This document shows, one piece after another, positions 29,114 through 42,801 of a DNA stretch of 64,000 nt. Numbering within the stretch: position 1 is the stretch's first letter; every line of letters starts with the position of its first letter. The notes under the pieces are model-generated. The model saw only the letters and a list, made by a program, of their open reading frames with translations. It made no database searches and had not been told where the DNA came from. The position numbers and the translations under genes are program-made. Source of the stretch: Eledone cirrhosa (lineage: Eukaryota); contig OZ024740.1 of assembly GCA_964016885.1 (NCBI GenBank), positions 332,444,001 through 332,508,000 on the forward strand. The letters run 5' to 3'.

Positions 29114-29118
<5 letters not shown>
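27905..29118 (+). mobile_element. Probable Penelope-like 3' region: C/A-rich tract, degenerate hammerhead, tail into (TA)n
   Basis: CTGATGA(29002-29008)-agcgcttatgccc-GAAAC(29022-29026) about 90 bp upstream of (TA)n. Same layout as 6655-7990 and 49078-50683. Confidence 0.5.
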
Positions 29119-29202
<84 letters not shown>

Positions 29203-29231
29203 AACAAAAGATGGTTAAAAGAGTTCCATGT

Positions 29232-29298
29232 ATTTTATTATGCGCATTTCAAAAACAAATATCATCATGCAATAATATTTGTGTTTTCATCAGATAAA
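29232..29298 (-). ncRNA. Minimal type I hammerhead ribozyme (left arm)
   Basis: Reverse complement of 29405-29471. Confidence 0.8.
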
Positions 29299-29404
29299 AC
29301 AGGAAGACATGATATGAAGATTAAAAGACACTTGTGGATAGTTCAGTTGATTTAAAACTGAACTATCCACAAGTGTCTTTTAACCTTCATATCATGTCTT
29401 CCTG

Positions 29405-29471
29405 TTTTATCTGATGAAAACACAAATATTATTGCATGATGATATTTGTTTTTGAAATGCGCATAATAAAA
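29405..29471 (+). ncRNA. Minimal type I hammerhead ribozyme (right arm)
   Basis: TTTTAT-CTGATGA(29411-29417)-aaacACAAATATTATT-gcat-GATGATATTTGTtttt-GAAA-TGCGCA-TA-ATAAAA. 6-bp stem I, long stem II, palindromic stem III, AUA site. Confidence 0.85.
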
Positions 29472-29599
29472 TACATGGAACTCTTTTAACCATCTTTTGT
29501 TCTTATATATTATGTATACTCCAGTCCTACAAACTGTAGAGTGCTTCTTATCCGATATCTGCATTGCTTTATTGTACTACAATAAAACTCACCTCCTAC

Positions 29600-29665
<66 letters not shown>

Positions 29666-31639
29666 CTACATGTGTGTGTGTGTTTATATATATATATATA
29701 TATATACCTGTATGTTTGTACATACACACATATATATGTCTGCTGTATTTCGACTTCCATGCCATGATTTCACTCTGTCATACTTAGAATCCGACACAGC
29801 TAATTTCTGTATGTCTTCGTTGAAGTTGTTGCTGAAAATATGACTTATTAGATGATGTGACCTCACCAGTCCCTAATTTGATACAATATATCTGCAACAA
29901 TTTACTCTTTAATTGTATCGGATCTCATTTATAAACCCATAAAGACTGTTTTGCTAGAATTGTAATAGAGTGACATAGTGCTAATTTTTGTGGTGGCATT
30001 TGAATACATTTTGTTAAAATACAAGAACATTATTATGCTAAATAATATGACATCATATAGAACAGTATTAATACGCAATCAACCATGTTGCATACTCAAC
30101 GACTAACCAACCATTTCTAACAAATATGCATTGAGAATAAAAGGCTAATTGAATTTATCAATCACTCTGCAATGTAATCTAAATTACTGTGTAAAACATG
30201 AACGTTGACTTATAAGTAAAATATTAATGAACTCAATTTCTAAAATATATTTTTCTCTAAATCTGATGTAACTATTTGGTTCGTTTTGATCGAGAATATA
30301 AGTGCCAATTTATCCAAATCAACTTCGTATATATAAAATAATTTTTAACCTAAGATCGCTAGCATATATTTTACAGTTTACATCGAAGGACACAGCGATA
30401 ACTTCAGACAAGTTCAGATGAATAGCGCATTAATCACATTCACACTCAATGAAGAACAGCAACCCATGTCGAGGAAATAAAACATTGAAGCTCTACATTT
30501 ATATGAAAGTCAACGTTACTGCGCAACTGTGAGTACTCGTTGTCATACATAAAACAAACCCACGTTGTTAGCCTTACTGCAAATTAAAACAAAATATTCT
30601 CTATTTCTCTACCCCCTGTGCATATGTAATCGACTCATTTTTATTATTTCGTCAAATATATTTCGAACGAAGTACAGTGCATTCATAACCGCTGTTTGTG
30701 AATGTGACATCACGAATACACTTAAGAAAACTACGAAAGAAGATGCGATATAAATGCATTGATACCCAGAAACATAAATGTGTAATAATATTGTGAGGTT
30801 CACACAAGAAGAAATCCGAGAAAAATAAACGAAAAATACTGAAATTTTCATGATCATGATAAAAATAAGAGGAACTAACAAGACGGCAAAATAATCTTTT
30901 TTATACTTAGAACACGAATGTGAGGTATATATCGGTGTGTGAGAGATATGCCATACAAAGGTTAATAGTTTTGTACTATACACCATCACATACACACATG
31001 CCTGCGTATATATAATCACACACTTAGACGCGTGCACACACATGCACGTATATATTCGTGTATGCATATATGAATATAGGCATATACACAAACATGCATA
31101 TAGATGGAGCACTTAAATCCTGCTGGAGTTCTATGTGCACCACCATACACGAGGCGTGCCTTAAGCATTAAAATAAAGTGGTGTGCATTTATGTCTAGGT
31201 TGGAACGCAACTGATATCGCAGAGAGAAATAGACATATAGACACTGAGATAAATAGAGGGAAAGAATGTAGGGAAAATACGTGTAAGTGACGATGAATTG
31301 AATCCAGTAATGGATTCATGATCACAGAAGGAATTATACCTACTTTTGGCCACGGTAATATTTTGGAAAGCAACTTGTAGAACCGGATTCATTACCGCTC
31401 GGAAATCTATCCGTAATAAATGTATGCATGTATGTATGTTCTTCTGGTTTTATAATTTCACAAAGTTTTACCAATAGAGAGAGAGTCGGTTTCTAACATA
31501 GACTCAATATACTCTCATATCAACTAGGTAGATATGTATGTATGCATGCATGTGTAGATATGGATGTTATTGTATGTATGGATGTGTATGTTTTGAGTTG
31601 TATGTGTGTATGTGTATATGCTTTGTATCTGTACATGTG

Positions 31640-32603
31640 TATATGCAGTTATTAGATGCAACATTTTTGGAATGTTTTACATATTTTTACTGTTCCATTA
31701 ATGGATTGTACTTGTAATTTCCTAACTAGTTGTGTTCTTTCTGTTCTTGTGAAGCCTAGCTTCTCAGGATTTGTATTGAGGCAGTTACTAACATACGCCA
31801 GTGCCCCAATAATCACAGGCATAAATCTGAAGGTGTAATCAGGGTGGAGTATCTGCAGATTTCTCATCAGTTCTGCATAAATATTCTCCTTTTCTTTGAT
31901 ATTATATTGGCATCTGCTGGGCCGCTAATTTCCACTACTGTGTATGCTTTCTTCTCCCTGTCCCTTATCATAATATCTGGTCTGTTATGCCTGCATTTTA
32001 TTGGGGTTTTACTGGAATATTCCACCAGTACTCTTTCATATTATGTACATGGATGTCTTCCACATTGTTGTAGCTTTTGATGTTTTTATTATCGGGGCTA
32101 TCTTTATTACGAACTGCATTGTAGAGTGTTTTGGCTACTACATCATGCCTCATAGGTAGATAGTACCGCGATGACATCTTTGGACAGCTGCTGATGACAT
32201 GGGTGATATCCTCGATGTTAGTTCTGCTGAGTCTGCACTTGTTATCACATCTAGGTGTTTTGCCTGCATCCCTATCTCTTTTGTGAATCAGGTATTTCGT
32301 GCTAATCTTCTGTTCCTGGATTGCAAAAGCGTATCCTTCAAAGTGGGAGCCAATATAGCGGTTGTTGGTCCAAGATAGACTACTTTCCTTATCTATATTA
32401 CTCTCACTCTGGAGCTTCCTGGCAACATATCCATGCATGATTTTTTGCAGATTGGCATGCAGTTTTTAATCCATTGATTCACTACGATACTGCTGACCGA
32501 CATCCCTGGGTGTGAGTTTTTGATTATCACACAGGGAATATCTCTCAAGGAGTTCCTTCCCAACTATCATGATCTTATCTGTTTCATGCAGATAGACTTG
32601 CTG
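31640..32603 (-). mobile_element. 5'-truncated R4/Dong-like non-LTR retrotransposon (zinc knuckle plus restriction-like endonuclease)
   Basis: EGYAFAIQEQ..CRL..IEDITHVISSCPKM..Y..RHDVVAK, then WWN, HNRPDIMIRD..VVEIS and PVIIGAL. Flanked by (TACA)n-type repeats on both sides. Confidence 0.85.
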
Positions 32604-32678
32604 TATGTGTGTATGTATGTATGTATGTATGTATGTATGTATGTATGTATGTATGTATGTATGTATGTATGTATGTAT

Positions 32679-32746
32679 GGCAAGGTTGATCTCGGCGGGA
32701 TTTGAGCTCAGAGCGTGGAGAGCCATAACTCTATGCTGTTAAGCAA
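32679..32746 (-). mobile_element. SINE fragment
   Basis: ggcaaggttgatctcggcgggatttgagctc matches the reverse of the SINE core. Confidence 0.65.
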
Positions 32747-32846
32747 TTATAATAATACTGGACTGTAATACGATCGGCTTCAACTATACAAACTCTTGAA
32801 AGTCAACAGTTGACATAATCTTGTAATCTTGTATCAGTAATGACGG

Positions 32847-32914
<68 letters not shown>

Positions 32915-33045
32915 AAGTGAGTAGAGTAGCGTGTGTGTGTTTGTTTGTATGTATGTGTTGCTGTGTGCGCGCATATGTATGCGTGTGTGTGTATGTCGTA
33001 CGTATAAGTGTCAATAAATGAGTTTTTTTTTTTTTTTTTTTTTTT

Positions 33046-33352
33046 GCGCGCGGGGACATAGAAATAATCGGGCTGGATGCCCGATCGCGCAGTTAAACCA
33101 CTGGGAGTGAAGGACCCCTAGCCCTTGTCAGGGCATTCTTCTAGGAGAAGGCATCTCAGGAAACTGGGTTAACTCCGATATAAAACCTGCGGCTCAGTAG
33201 TTACCGATGATGTTGATCTTTTCTTCTTTTCGGGTTATAGCTACTGTCGCTCAGAGAGTGGGATTGGCTCAGTGCACAGTCTTTCCTCACTTTAAAAATA
33301 TTCGTCACGCACAGGCATTGCACGAGTGCATTAATAATTATTAATAGTGTAC

Positions 33353-33409
<57 letters not shown>

Positions 33410-36400
33410 TATTATTACTTTATTTATTTTTTTTTTTTTAATTCAATGATGTTCCAGAACAATGTAAAAGAGATAATTGGCAATTTAGGTTCTGGAACAA
33501 AAAAGATCATTGGCAATAAGGGCAGGGGCCCCAAGTTATCACAGCCTGGGCCCGCTCGTCATCGTGCCATTGTAATAGAGCCAAACAAGGCATTTAGTCT
33601 TGGCTGCTGGAACGTACGGACGCTGCTTGACAGGGATTCGTTGGAGCGTCCTGAACGAAGGACCGCTCTTGTTGCAATGGAGCTTCGACGTTACGATCTT
33701 GACATCGTGGCTTTATCTGAGACGAGGTTAGCTGGGGATGGTCATCTTACGGAATTTTGTGGAGAATATACATTCTTCTGGAAAGGAAGAGATGAAGGAA
33801 CCAGAAGAGAGGCTGGGGTAGGATTTGCTGTTAAGACTGTACATGTGAATAAATTAGAAGAATTCCCAGTAGGGATTAGTGAGCGTCTTATGTCCATGAG
33901 AGTTCCGCTGGACAAAGGAAGATATGCTACCCTGGTGAGTGTGTATGCTCCAACTATGAATTCTGTCGATGAAGAAAAACTGTCCTTTTACCATGCCTTG
34001 AAAGGTGTTCTAAGAAATATCCCTCAGGCAGACAAAGTCATCGTGCTTGGTGACTTTAATGCTAGAGTGGGTAGGGATTTTAACACATGGAATGTAATCG
34101 GAAGGCATGGGAAAGTGTAACGGCAATGGTATGCTCCTGCTGCAGATGTGTGAGGAGCTGGATCTGTGTGTTACCAACACCATGTTCCAACAAAAGAACA
34201 AATTCAAGACCACATGGATGCATCTAAGGAATGGAATCTGTTGGACTACGTCCTAGTCAGGATGCGTGACAGACAGGATGTGCAGTGTGTTCGTGTTCTT
34301 GGTGGAGCTGAGTGCTGGACGCGCAAAAGTGAAATTAATCACCAAACGTAAAATCCGGGCTCCTGGTGTTAACCTGCCCAAAATATTGAATGCTGCTTGT
34401 CTTAAGGATAAAAATGTGAAGAGGACATTGGAAGAAGAGATGCAGGCTGCAGATCTTGGTGAGGATTGGCCGACCCTTAAAAAGTCGGTTTATGATGTGG
34501 GCAGGCGTGTTCTGGGATTGGTGCAGAGAAAACATCAGGACTGGTTTAATGAGAATGATGTACATATAGAAGACTTGTTGGCTGATAAGAGGCGTGCTCT
34601 GTCACGCAACTTGACGGCAAAACCACAGGAGAGGAATACGTTGCATGAGGAGCTCAGGGATGTAAAATCACGTGTTAGGCGGAGTCTTTCTCAGATGAAG
34701 GATCAGTAGTGGAGTGAGACGGCTGCGTCTGATTCCAATAACACAAAGCTGTTGTACAGTCTCTTGCGTGAGGTTTATGGACCGTCTTCTTCTCTGGTGA
34801 CACCGCTTCGCAGCAAGGATGGCAAAGAACTTCTTCGTGACTCACAGGGAATTCTACGAAGGTGGCGAGAGCACTTTGATGATCTTTTGAATCAGCCGTC
34901 TGTCGTCAGTGAAGATTTCCTCAATCTCATTCCAGAAAGTCCTGTGAAAGTAGCTCTCGCAGAACCTCCGACGCTTGCGGAGGTTGCAGTGGCTATTTCG
35001 AAGCTGAACAGTGGAAGATCTCCAGGTATGGATGGCATACATGCTGAGCTCCTACAATATGGTGGTGAGAGACTCCTGCAACATCTGCACTCTTTGTTTG
35101 GAAGGATATGGGCTAATGAATCCGTACCTGAGGACTGGAGAGATGCAGTAATGGTGGTCTTGTACAAAAAAAAGGGTAACAGGAATGATTGTGGGAACTA
35201 CAGAGGTATATCATTGCTTTCTGTCGTAGGGAAAGTTTTATGTAGGGTGCTTCTGGACCGTCTGCTGACACACATTGCAGATTGTGTTCTTCCTGAAAGT
35301 CAATCTGGTTTTCGTGCTGGAAGCGGCACTACTGATATGATCTTCTCAGCTAGACAGCTCCAGGAGAAATGCATTGAACAAGGCTTGGATCTGTATCAGG
35401 TTTTTGTCGATCTGACAAAGGCTTTCGATACTGTCAACAGAGATGCATTATGGAAGGTTCTCCAGAAACTTGGTTGCCCTGATAAGTTCCTTGCTTTAGT
35501 TAGGTCTTTACATGACGACATGAAGGCTTGGGTTAATGTCGGAGGTAACATGTCGGAGCCTATCTCAGTAAAAAATGGAGTGAAACAGGGGGATATTCCA
35601 GCACCGACCCTGTTTGCCATATACTTTGCAATGGTTTTCTGTATTGCATTCAGGAATGGAGAGCATGGTGTTTACATCCGATATCGAACCTCAGGCAGCA
35701 TATTTAACATCAGGCGCTTTGCTGCGAAGACAAAGGTATTTACATCAATCACAAGAGACCTCTTGTATGCAGATGATTGCGATCTTGTAGCGCACACAGA
35801 GACTGATATGCAGCACATTTTGAATGCATTTTCTGACGCTTGCACTGCCCTGGGTTTGACTGTCAGTCTCAAGAAAACCGTTGTCATGTACCAACCTGCC
35901 CCTAGTAAGCAGTACACTGAACCAAACATCTATGTGTATGGCAAACGAGTGGTTGATCGGAGTGGTTGATCAGTTTGTCTACCTGGGAAGCACTGTCAAT
36001 CGATACGGCAACCTTGACAGTGAAATCTCACTTAGGATTAGGAAAGCAAGTGATGCTTTCGGAAAGCTAGAAAGGCGACTCTGGGGTCGGCGAGACATAT
36101 GCAGGAGGACAAAGGTAAAGGTGTACAGGGCATGTGTACTCTCTTGTCTTCTTTATGCCTGCGAGACCTGGGTCACATATCGACACCACCTTAAGCAATT
36201 GGAGCGGACCACATCAGTGATGTCGAGATTTTGGAAAGCTCTATGTGTGACAGTATAGAAGCTCTTGTGCTTAAGCAACGACTCCGTTGGAGTGGTCACC
36301 GTGCCAGGATGAAGGATTCTAGAATACCAAAATAACTCTTTTATGGAGAGTTGGTTAAAGGAAAACGACCGCCACATAAACCAAAAAAGAGGTATAAGGA

Positions 36401-37008
36401 TTCCTTGAAAGCCTCTCTGAAAGACGCTAACATCTCTGCTGATACATGGGAAAATGTTGCTGCTGATCGTAATAAATGGAGAAAGACTGTATATGAGGGA
36501 AAAGTTGCCTTTGAGGCATCTCGAATCGCACACGAGAAAGTAAAGCGGGATGTGAGGAAGGGCATTGCTGTTGCACTTCCAGACGGCGAGGGTCCTCCTA
36601 TGGTGCTGACATGCAGCGTCTGTGCGAGACTCTGCATAAGCAAAGCTGGACTCGAAAGTCATCTTCGCAGTCATAAAGTAAGACCAGTGGTTGACTACCA
36701 GGCTGCTGTTGGAGATGCTACTCATCATGCTTGCCAAACATGTGGTAGAGAATGTAAATCAGCAGGAGGGCTCAAGCGACATGCAAAAGTACACAGCCGA
36801 CTATTCCCAGTGAATGTTTTGGTTGCCGACTCTGTGCAAGACATTTTAGATCATTGGCTGGGCTAAAAAGCCACATTCGATCGCAGCACTGTTAGTTGCT
36901 ATCGCGTGTGTGTGTGTGTGTGTAGATATGCTTATGTGCGTTCGTGTGTGTGTATATATATGTGAATATGTATATTATTATTGTTGTTGTCGTTATTATT
37001 ATTATTGC

Positions 37009-37039
<31 letters not shown>

Positions 37040-37222
37040 GTTGTTATTAATGTATGTGTGTGTATATGTGTGTGTATGTGTATGTGTGTGTATGTATATA
37101 TGTATGTATGTATATATATATATATATATTTCTTCTTTTGTTTTATTTATTTATTATTATTATTATTATATTTTTTTTCTTCTCGTGCAATGGCCATACT
37201 CGATAACGAGGGGGCAGCCATC
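33046..37222 (+). mobile_element. Near full-length RTE-clade LINE, degraded and interrupted by microsatellites
   Basis: 5' UTR 33046-33330, APE and RT domains, C-terminal zinc fingers, 3' end gccatactcgataacgagggggcagccatc (37192-37221) followed by (ATGT)n. Confidence 0.9.
33452..36895 (+). pseudogene. RTE ORF (APE endonuclease, reverse transcriptase, three C2H2 fingers) with several frameshifts and stops
   Basis: LGCWNVRTLLD..ALSETRL..GVGF..VYAPT..LGDFNARVG; RGISLLS..QSGFR..FVDLTKAFD..GVKQG..LYADD; FVYLGS; CSVC..HLRSH, CQTC..HAKVH, CRLC..HIRSQH. Confidence 0.92.
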
Positions 37223-37299
37223 ATGTATGTATGTATGTATGTATGTATGTATGTATGTATGTATGTATGTATGTATGTATGTATGTGTGTATGTGAGCT

Positions 37300-37700
37300 G
37301 ACCCCTTAGCCTTTGTCAAGGCAGAATTCTAGGAGAAGTAAAACTCTGATATAACACCTGCAACCCTGATGGTATCCAATGATGTGGACTTGTTCTTCTT
37401 TTTGGTAAATATCATATTCGTTAAGAGAGTGGGACTGGCTTTGTGCAGTGCCTTTGCTCACTATAAAAGCTTCACGGCACAAGCATTGCTTAATATCTGG
37501 AGATCTCTCTGCACTTGTCGTCACATGGTATCATGGGCCCAGCACTATGTGTCAATAATTGTCACAAGTGTAGTGTTTGTACCAGAGTTTTCAAGTCGCT
37601 GGCTGGACTAAAAAGTCACACTCGTTCAGTGCATCGGTAGGGGTTCTCCTACATGGATATAAAGTAGTGGCCGTACTCGAAAACGAGTTGGCAGTCACCA
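37300..37700 (+). mobile_element. Bipartite non-autonomous RTE derivative (5' UTR fused to 3' end)
   Basis: 37300-37490 resembles 33113-33320. 37565-37700 encodes [24 protein letters not shown] and ends ggccgtactcgaaaacgagttggcagtcacca plus an (ATGT)-like tail. Confidence 0.8.
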
Positions 37701-37905
37701 TGTGTGTATGTATGTGTGTATGTATGTGTGTATGTACGTATGTATGTGTGTACGTATGTATGTGTGTATGTATGTATTTATGTGTGTATGTATGTATGTT
37801 TGTATGTATGTATGTATGTGTGTATGTATGCGTGTATGTATGCGTGTATGTACGCATATATATATATATATATACACATATTTATATATGCATGTATATA
37901 TATAC

Positions 37906-38014
<109 letters not shown>

Positions 38015-40056
38015 AGTTTGTGCGCGTGTGCGTGCGTGTATTAGTGTATGTGTGTGTGTTTGTGTATGTTTGTGCTTGTTTGCATGTGTATGATTGTTTT
38101 TGTGTATATTTGTATTTTGTGCGTGTCATTATGCAAATGGAGGAATGTAAACATATATTACATGAAGTTTATCGTGTTTTTGAATAAAACTAATATAATA
38201 TTTTTCCCAGCAAATATACGTTTATGTTTAGGAATATATATGGATGTTCACATAATATATAAATATTATACTTTCAAATACATATCAAATAAAATTCTTC
38301 AGAACGAAATTTTATAAATTATTTCACATTTTCATAGTGTGCTTTTTAGTATTATGATTAGGTTTAATGAAGGAAATTATTGCTAATGTATATTTTGTTT
38401 CCTTTCTCAACTAAACTTTTGTAAGCATTTAAACTTTATAATGCATTCTAATCATTCATCAAAATCACAAAATGTATCGAACCGCCTACGCGAGTGTGTT
38501 AATGCAAACTATGTAATAACATGTAGCTCTGGGAAAGCATGTGGTATAATAATATGGTTTAAAATCAAACAAAATACGAACATTATTTGTGGTATATCTT
38601 TAGCTTCAATCTACCTTTTGAGCGTGAAATATATGTATGTTATCACGTTATTAAAGAAAGAAAAACACAATATATTCTGTAAGTGCGTGTTGTATTAACA
38701 AAAAAATCCTAAAGAGAATTTTGCGTTTATATGAAAAACAAAATTCAAGATTGCTCATTGTGTTGTAAATCTGAACAAAATATAAATAAGTTTAGATAAA
38801 TGTTATACAAAGGGTTTAGTAATGGGTTTTAAAGGAAGCTCTATTAAATAAACATTAATTGCTATAATGTGTCAGTTTTTAAAGATTTGCGCTTCCAATA
38901 TCAGATAAATGGGGGATTATGATATATAAATTTCTAATAAAATATTACCATGTTGAAAAAATACTTTTACACTTTATAAGTGTTTAAGGTAAATAAGTGA
39001 ATCTTCAAAGTATATTATAGGATGCAGAGACTCATTTAATATATGGAGCTGCGAGTAATGCAAGTCTAACGTTTTACAAAAAAATCTATTGTATATAAAG
39101 TGAATATTGAAAACAATATAAATATCAAACCTCAATTATGATGAACTTAAATTTACAGTGTATAATAATTTCTTTGTGAAAGAAAAATAAAAGTGAAGAA
39201 TAATGAGTGACTTCTGCTGAAATATGTTTTAATTATTCAGAAGTTGCATGTATAATTTTAATTAATAGATCTTACATCATCAACAATTATTCTAATGCTT
39301 CATTTCAGTAAACGCCAATTAACGATGTCTAACTGTCAAATATAATATCCATATCTATGTCATATGAATATTCATTGACTATTGTTTTCTCGTGTGAATT
39401 TGTTTACTAAATATTATTCTGTTAGTCCAGTAATCACCAGAGATGATATTGAAATGTTTGTGGTCCTACATACTCTAACAGTCTACAACAGGCAAACCGT
39501 AATATAATTAAATTCATCATGGACTACTCAACGATTTCTGACAAACAGTTAGCTATAATCATTTTGATAAATATAATATTCTATAGTTTGTGTATAGAAA
39601 GAGAGAGAAAGTGTTCCCATCATCTGTCCGCGGACATAGTAATTCATTTAAAACACGACTAAACAGTACAATTTTCCCCGTAGTGCATGTGACGACAATG
39701 TGGAATCATTAAAACGGGCATACTCTTCTGATTTATATTGCTTTATCGCTACTTCCAATGATTAAATCCGTAACGTAAACAATCTTTTTAAATAAAAGTG
39801 TGATACATTCGATTTAAATGCATTCCATTTTATATTTACACAACATATACAGGCGTATGCACTCGCCAAATATTCATTTATGCACTAGACATATACTAGA
39901 AAATCTGAGACAAATCTAATGTGTGTATAACTAGTGTATTAATTTATATGCATTGCTTTGAAAAGCACGAAGTGTAAATTTACTTTGATATATTATTCGT
40001 AAAGAGAAAAATATAATACATTAAACATATTAAATATACCGTATGTTAAAGATAAA

Positions 40057-40247
40057 TAATTGTTTCTACTTTAGGCACAAGATCAGCAATTACCCAGTAC
40101 ATTACTGGTACTTTATTTTATCGACCCCGTAAGGTTGAAAGGCAAAGTTAACCTCGGCGGGATTTGAACTCAAACTGTAAAGGGACGTAACTATGATAGA
40201 AAGCATGGCGTCCAACCCTCCACCGATACTGCCAATTCACCGCTCTT
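40057..40247 (-). mobile_element. tRNA-type SINE
   Basis: Reverse of gagttcaaatcccgccgaggttaactttgcctttc...ggggtcgataaaataaagtaccag...gtgcctaaagtagaaacaattatt. Confidence 0.85.
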
Positions 40248-40559
40248 GTTAAAGATAAATAATCTCATTTAACTTATGTAACTTAGGCTGAGTATTACAT
40301 TTAAGACCTAGCATGTGTTTACAATAAGGAGTGATTGTTATTAGTACTGTTCATTAGCAGAAAGATAAGGCTACTCGGGTTCTGACTAAGTGCAAATTAT
40401 TTGTAAAACATTTAAATGCAATGTCATGTGCCTTTCACCGTATAGGTCCAGACAAATCATGTATGATCTGATTATAGTACTTACAGAACTGCTCATTTAC
40501 AAATATAACGCTCACTTCACGCACATATGTATGTTGGCGAGTATAAGGATATTCTGATT

Positions 40560-40790
40560 ATCATTGCTTTTCAGATAAATAATGACAGATATCAAGCTAA
40601 CTCAGCAAATGAAACGTCGCTCTCTAATCGTTGCCTTAAAAGCAGAGCATAGTGATTTAGAGATTGTTCACTTCATGAAAGTTGCACGTTCGATTGTTGT
40701 CAATGATCGCGAAAAGCTGGAATCCACTGACTGGGATTTTACAGCAGTAGCCGAACGCAAGACGACAGTTAAAGGTTCTCATACTATCAG
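40560..40790 (+). mobile_element. 5' fragment of the DD37D transposon family
   Basis: LTQQMKRRSLIVALKAEHSDLEIVHFMKVARS resembles LTNEMKRHAVIVALKARHGDLEISHFLKVARS at ~57812-57906. Confidence 0.75.
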
Positions 40791-42801
40791 TAAACGAATA
40801 GATTTATACGTGATAATATCTATACAGAGGAGCTATTATTCCAGAATAAAATGAATGACTAAATAAATGATATATTATTAATTAAAGCAAATGTGTTGAA
40901 CAAAATCAGAGTCGTAGATTTTTCTAAGCGTTCATTTCTTTCTATATCAAATAACGAAATGAATCCCTAGATTTTACTGATTGCTATTGATAAAACCAGT
41001 GAAACTCACTGCTAGGAAACCTCTGTATGTGAAGAGCGAATGATCTTCCATCAAATGAAGACGAGTATATATGTGCCGATAAGAAAATCGGTTGAATATA
41101 GAAGGAATCAAGTTGATACTCGAAAAAAGATTTGCTAAATGACGCAAGTGTTTGATACTGGTTGAGAAAATCAGAAGCATTTTGAATAAGCAAGTTGAGA
41201 TAAGAGAAATTAATATTGAAAGAAAGTATAAAAACTACATAGGCAATAAAAGACCTGTACACAGATCCTTCAAAATGTTACTTCATTAACATGAATGCTG
41301 CATAGGTTCGGAGTGTAAATCATTAATCATTTAGTTTGATTATGCAACAAGAAAATAAAGTTATTGCCATTAAAACGAAAATTACTGGCTGCAAATTGTA
41401 CGCGGACATACTGTACAACTTGAATCAGCAATGACATTTGGAGATTCCAATATCTTGCGAGGTAAGGCATATATAATTGAAGCTTCAAACGAAAAATATT
41501 ATTTGCCAGCAATATATAGATTAACTAAAGGAAGTGGATTTTGTAAGTACCATAATATTTTCCTATGCAAGAAAAATGTTTCTTTTAGTAAGCCACAGGG
41601 GACGCAATGTCAAATAACGCATATGAAAGAAATAATAAGAACAATTTAAAACTAGTATTATAACAATATCAACAGAAAATACAACGGATGAAAAAATAAG
41701 TACCATGTACAATTGGTGTTATTTTATAAACATGTTTAAAAGATCGCACATGGGAATACCATCATTTCCTAGCAAGTAAAACATTGTAGCATGCATTTTA
41801 TTTCAGTTTTCATTTTGTTTTAATATAAAACAATGATTCATTTAAGGTCCCTGAACAAATGAGACAGGAGTGAACACTGACTTTTTTTGATCGCTCACCA
41901 AATATTAAGGAAATAAGCGGATTTTTGTACGCAACGTCGCATACTGAATGAAGTATGAGATGGACCTCCTAATTATTTCGCCTATGTGTTGTACCTGTGT
42001 AAATTCTGGTATAAAGAAAAGTATGTAAAAACATATCATGCATGTTCTGAAATTTCTCTATTTCTATTTTATTTATTTAAATATTCATCCTCATTTTACT
42101 ATTCTACACTTTTCAAAGTAAAATATCTGTTCTCATTCTTTCATTATTTAGCAGCAATGGAGTGCATTGACACGTAAATTTGCTATATACCAATCATCAA
42201 TATGCCTGCCTGTGTGAGATCGCGTTTGCATGCGTATGAGCCTGGCGACAAATATAATAGACTATTACCACTACTCCCAACCGCCCATATCAACAACGTT
42301 ATATGCCATTGTGTCTATGTATGCGCATCAAATCATATGTCCATGCAACACAAATACACGCATACATACGTGGAACATACATTGAACATCTTTCATGGTT
42401 TAGATGTAAAATGTTTGATAGTTAATTTTCAATAAACGTCATTTGAAATATTCTTGATGGTAGATTAAATTTTATTTCATTCGCATTGATTTTATTCTTC
42501 CTTTATATGTTGTCTGCAGGACAGCGTTGGTGTGCAGAACTTTTAGGGCAGATGATATCGTATTATATCATTTGCGATATTCTCCATTTCTAGGGTTAAC
42601 TTGAGAACAATTGCTGTTGAACGTACGTCAGCTTCTATCATAAATGTTCCACATTGCTCTTGAAATAAGCGCGCAACTGGAAGAACATATCAGAAATAGG
42701 TACACACTTAAAGTAGTTTTCAGCGAAAGTTAGCAGTGTGACACTAGGTGTAACAATCATGGCCTTGTGAATTACGCGTACAGCAGCCTTTTTATACCTG
42801 A

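Larger units (their letters stand above)
29199..29602. mobile_element. Foldback element in (TA)n: ~150-bp arms plus a ~90-bp right tail, one hammerhead per arm
   Basis: Axis near 29352 (gatagttcagtt-gattta-aaactgaactatc). Second copy at 62381-62787. Confidence 0.92.
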
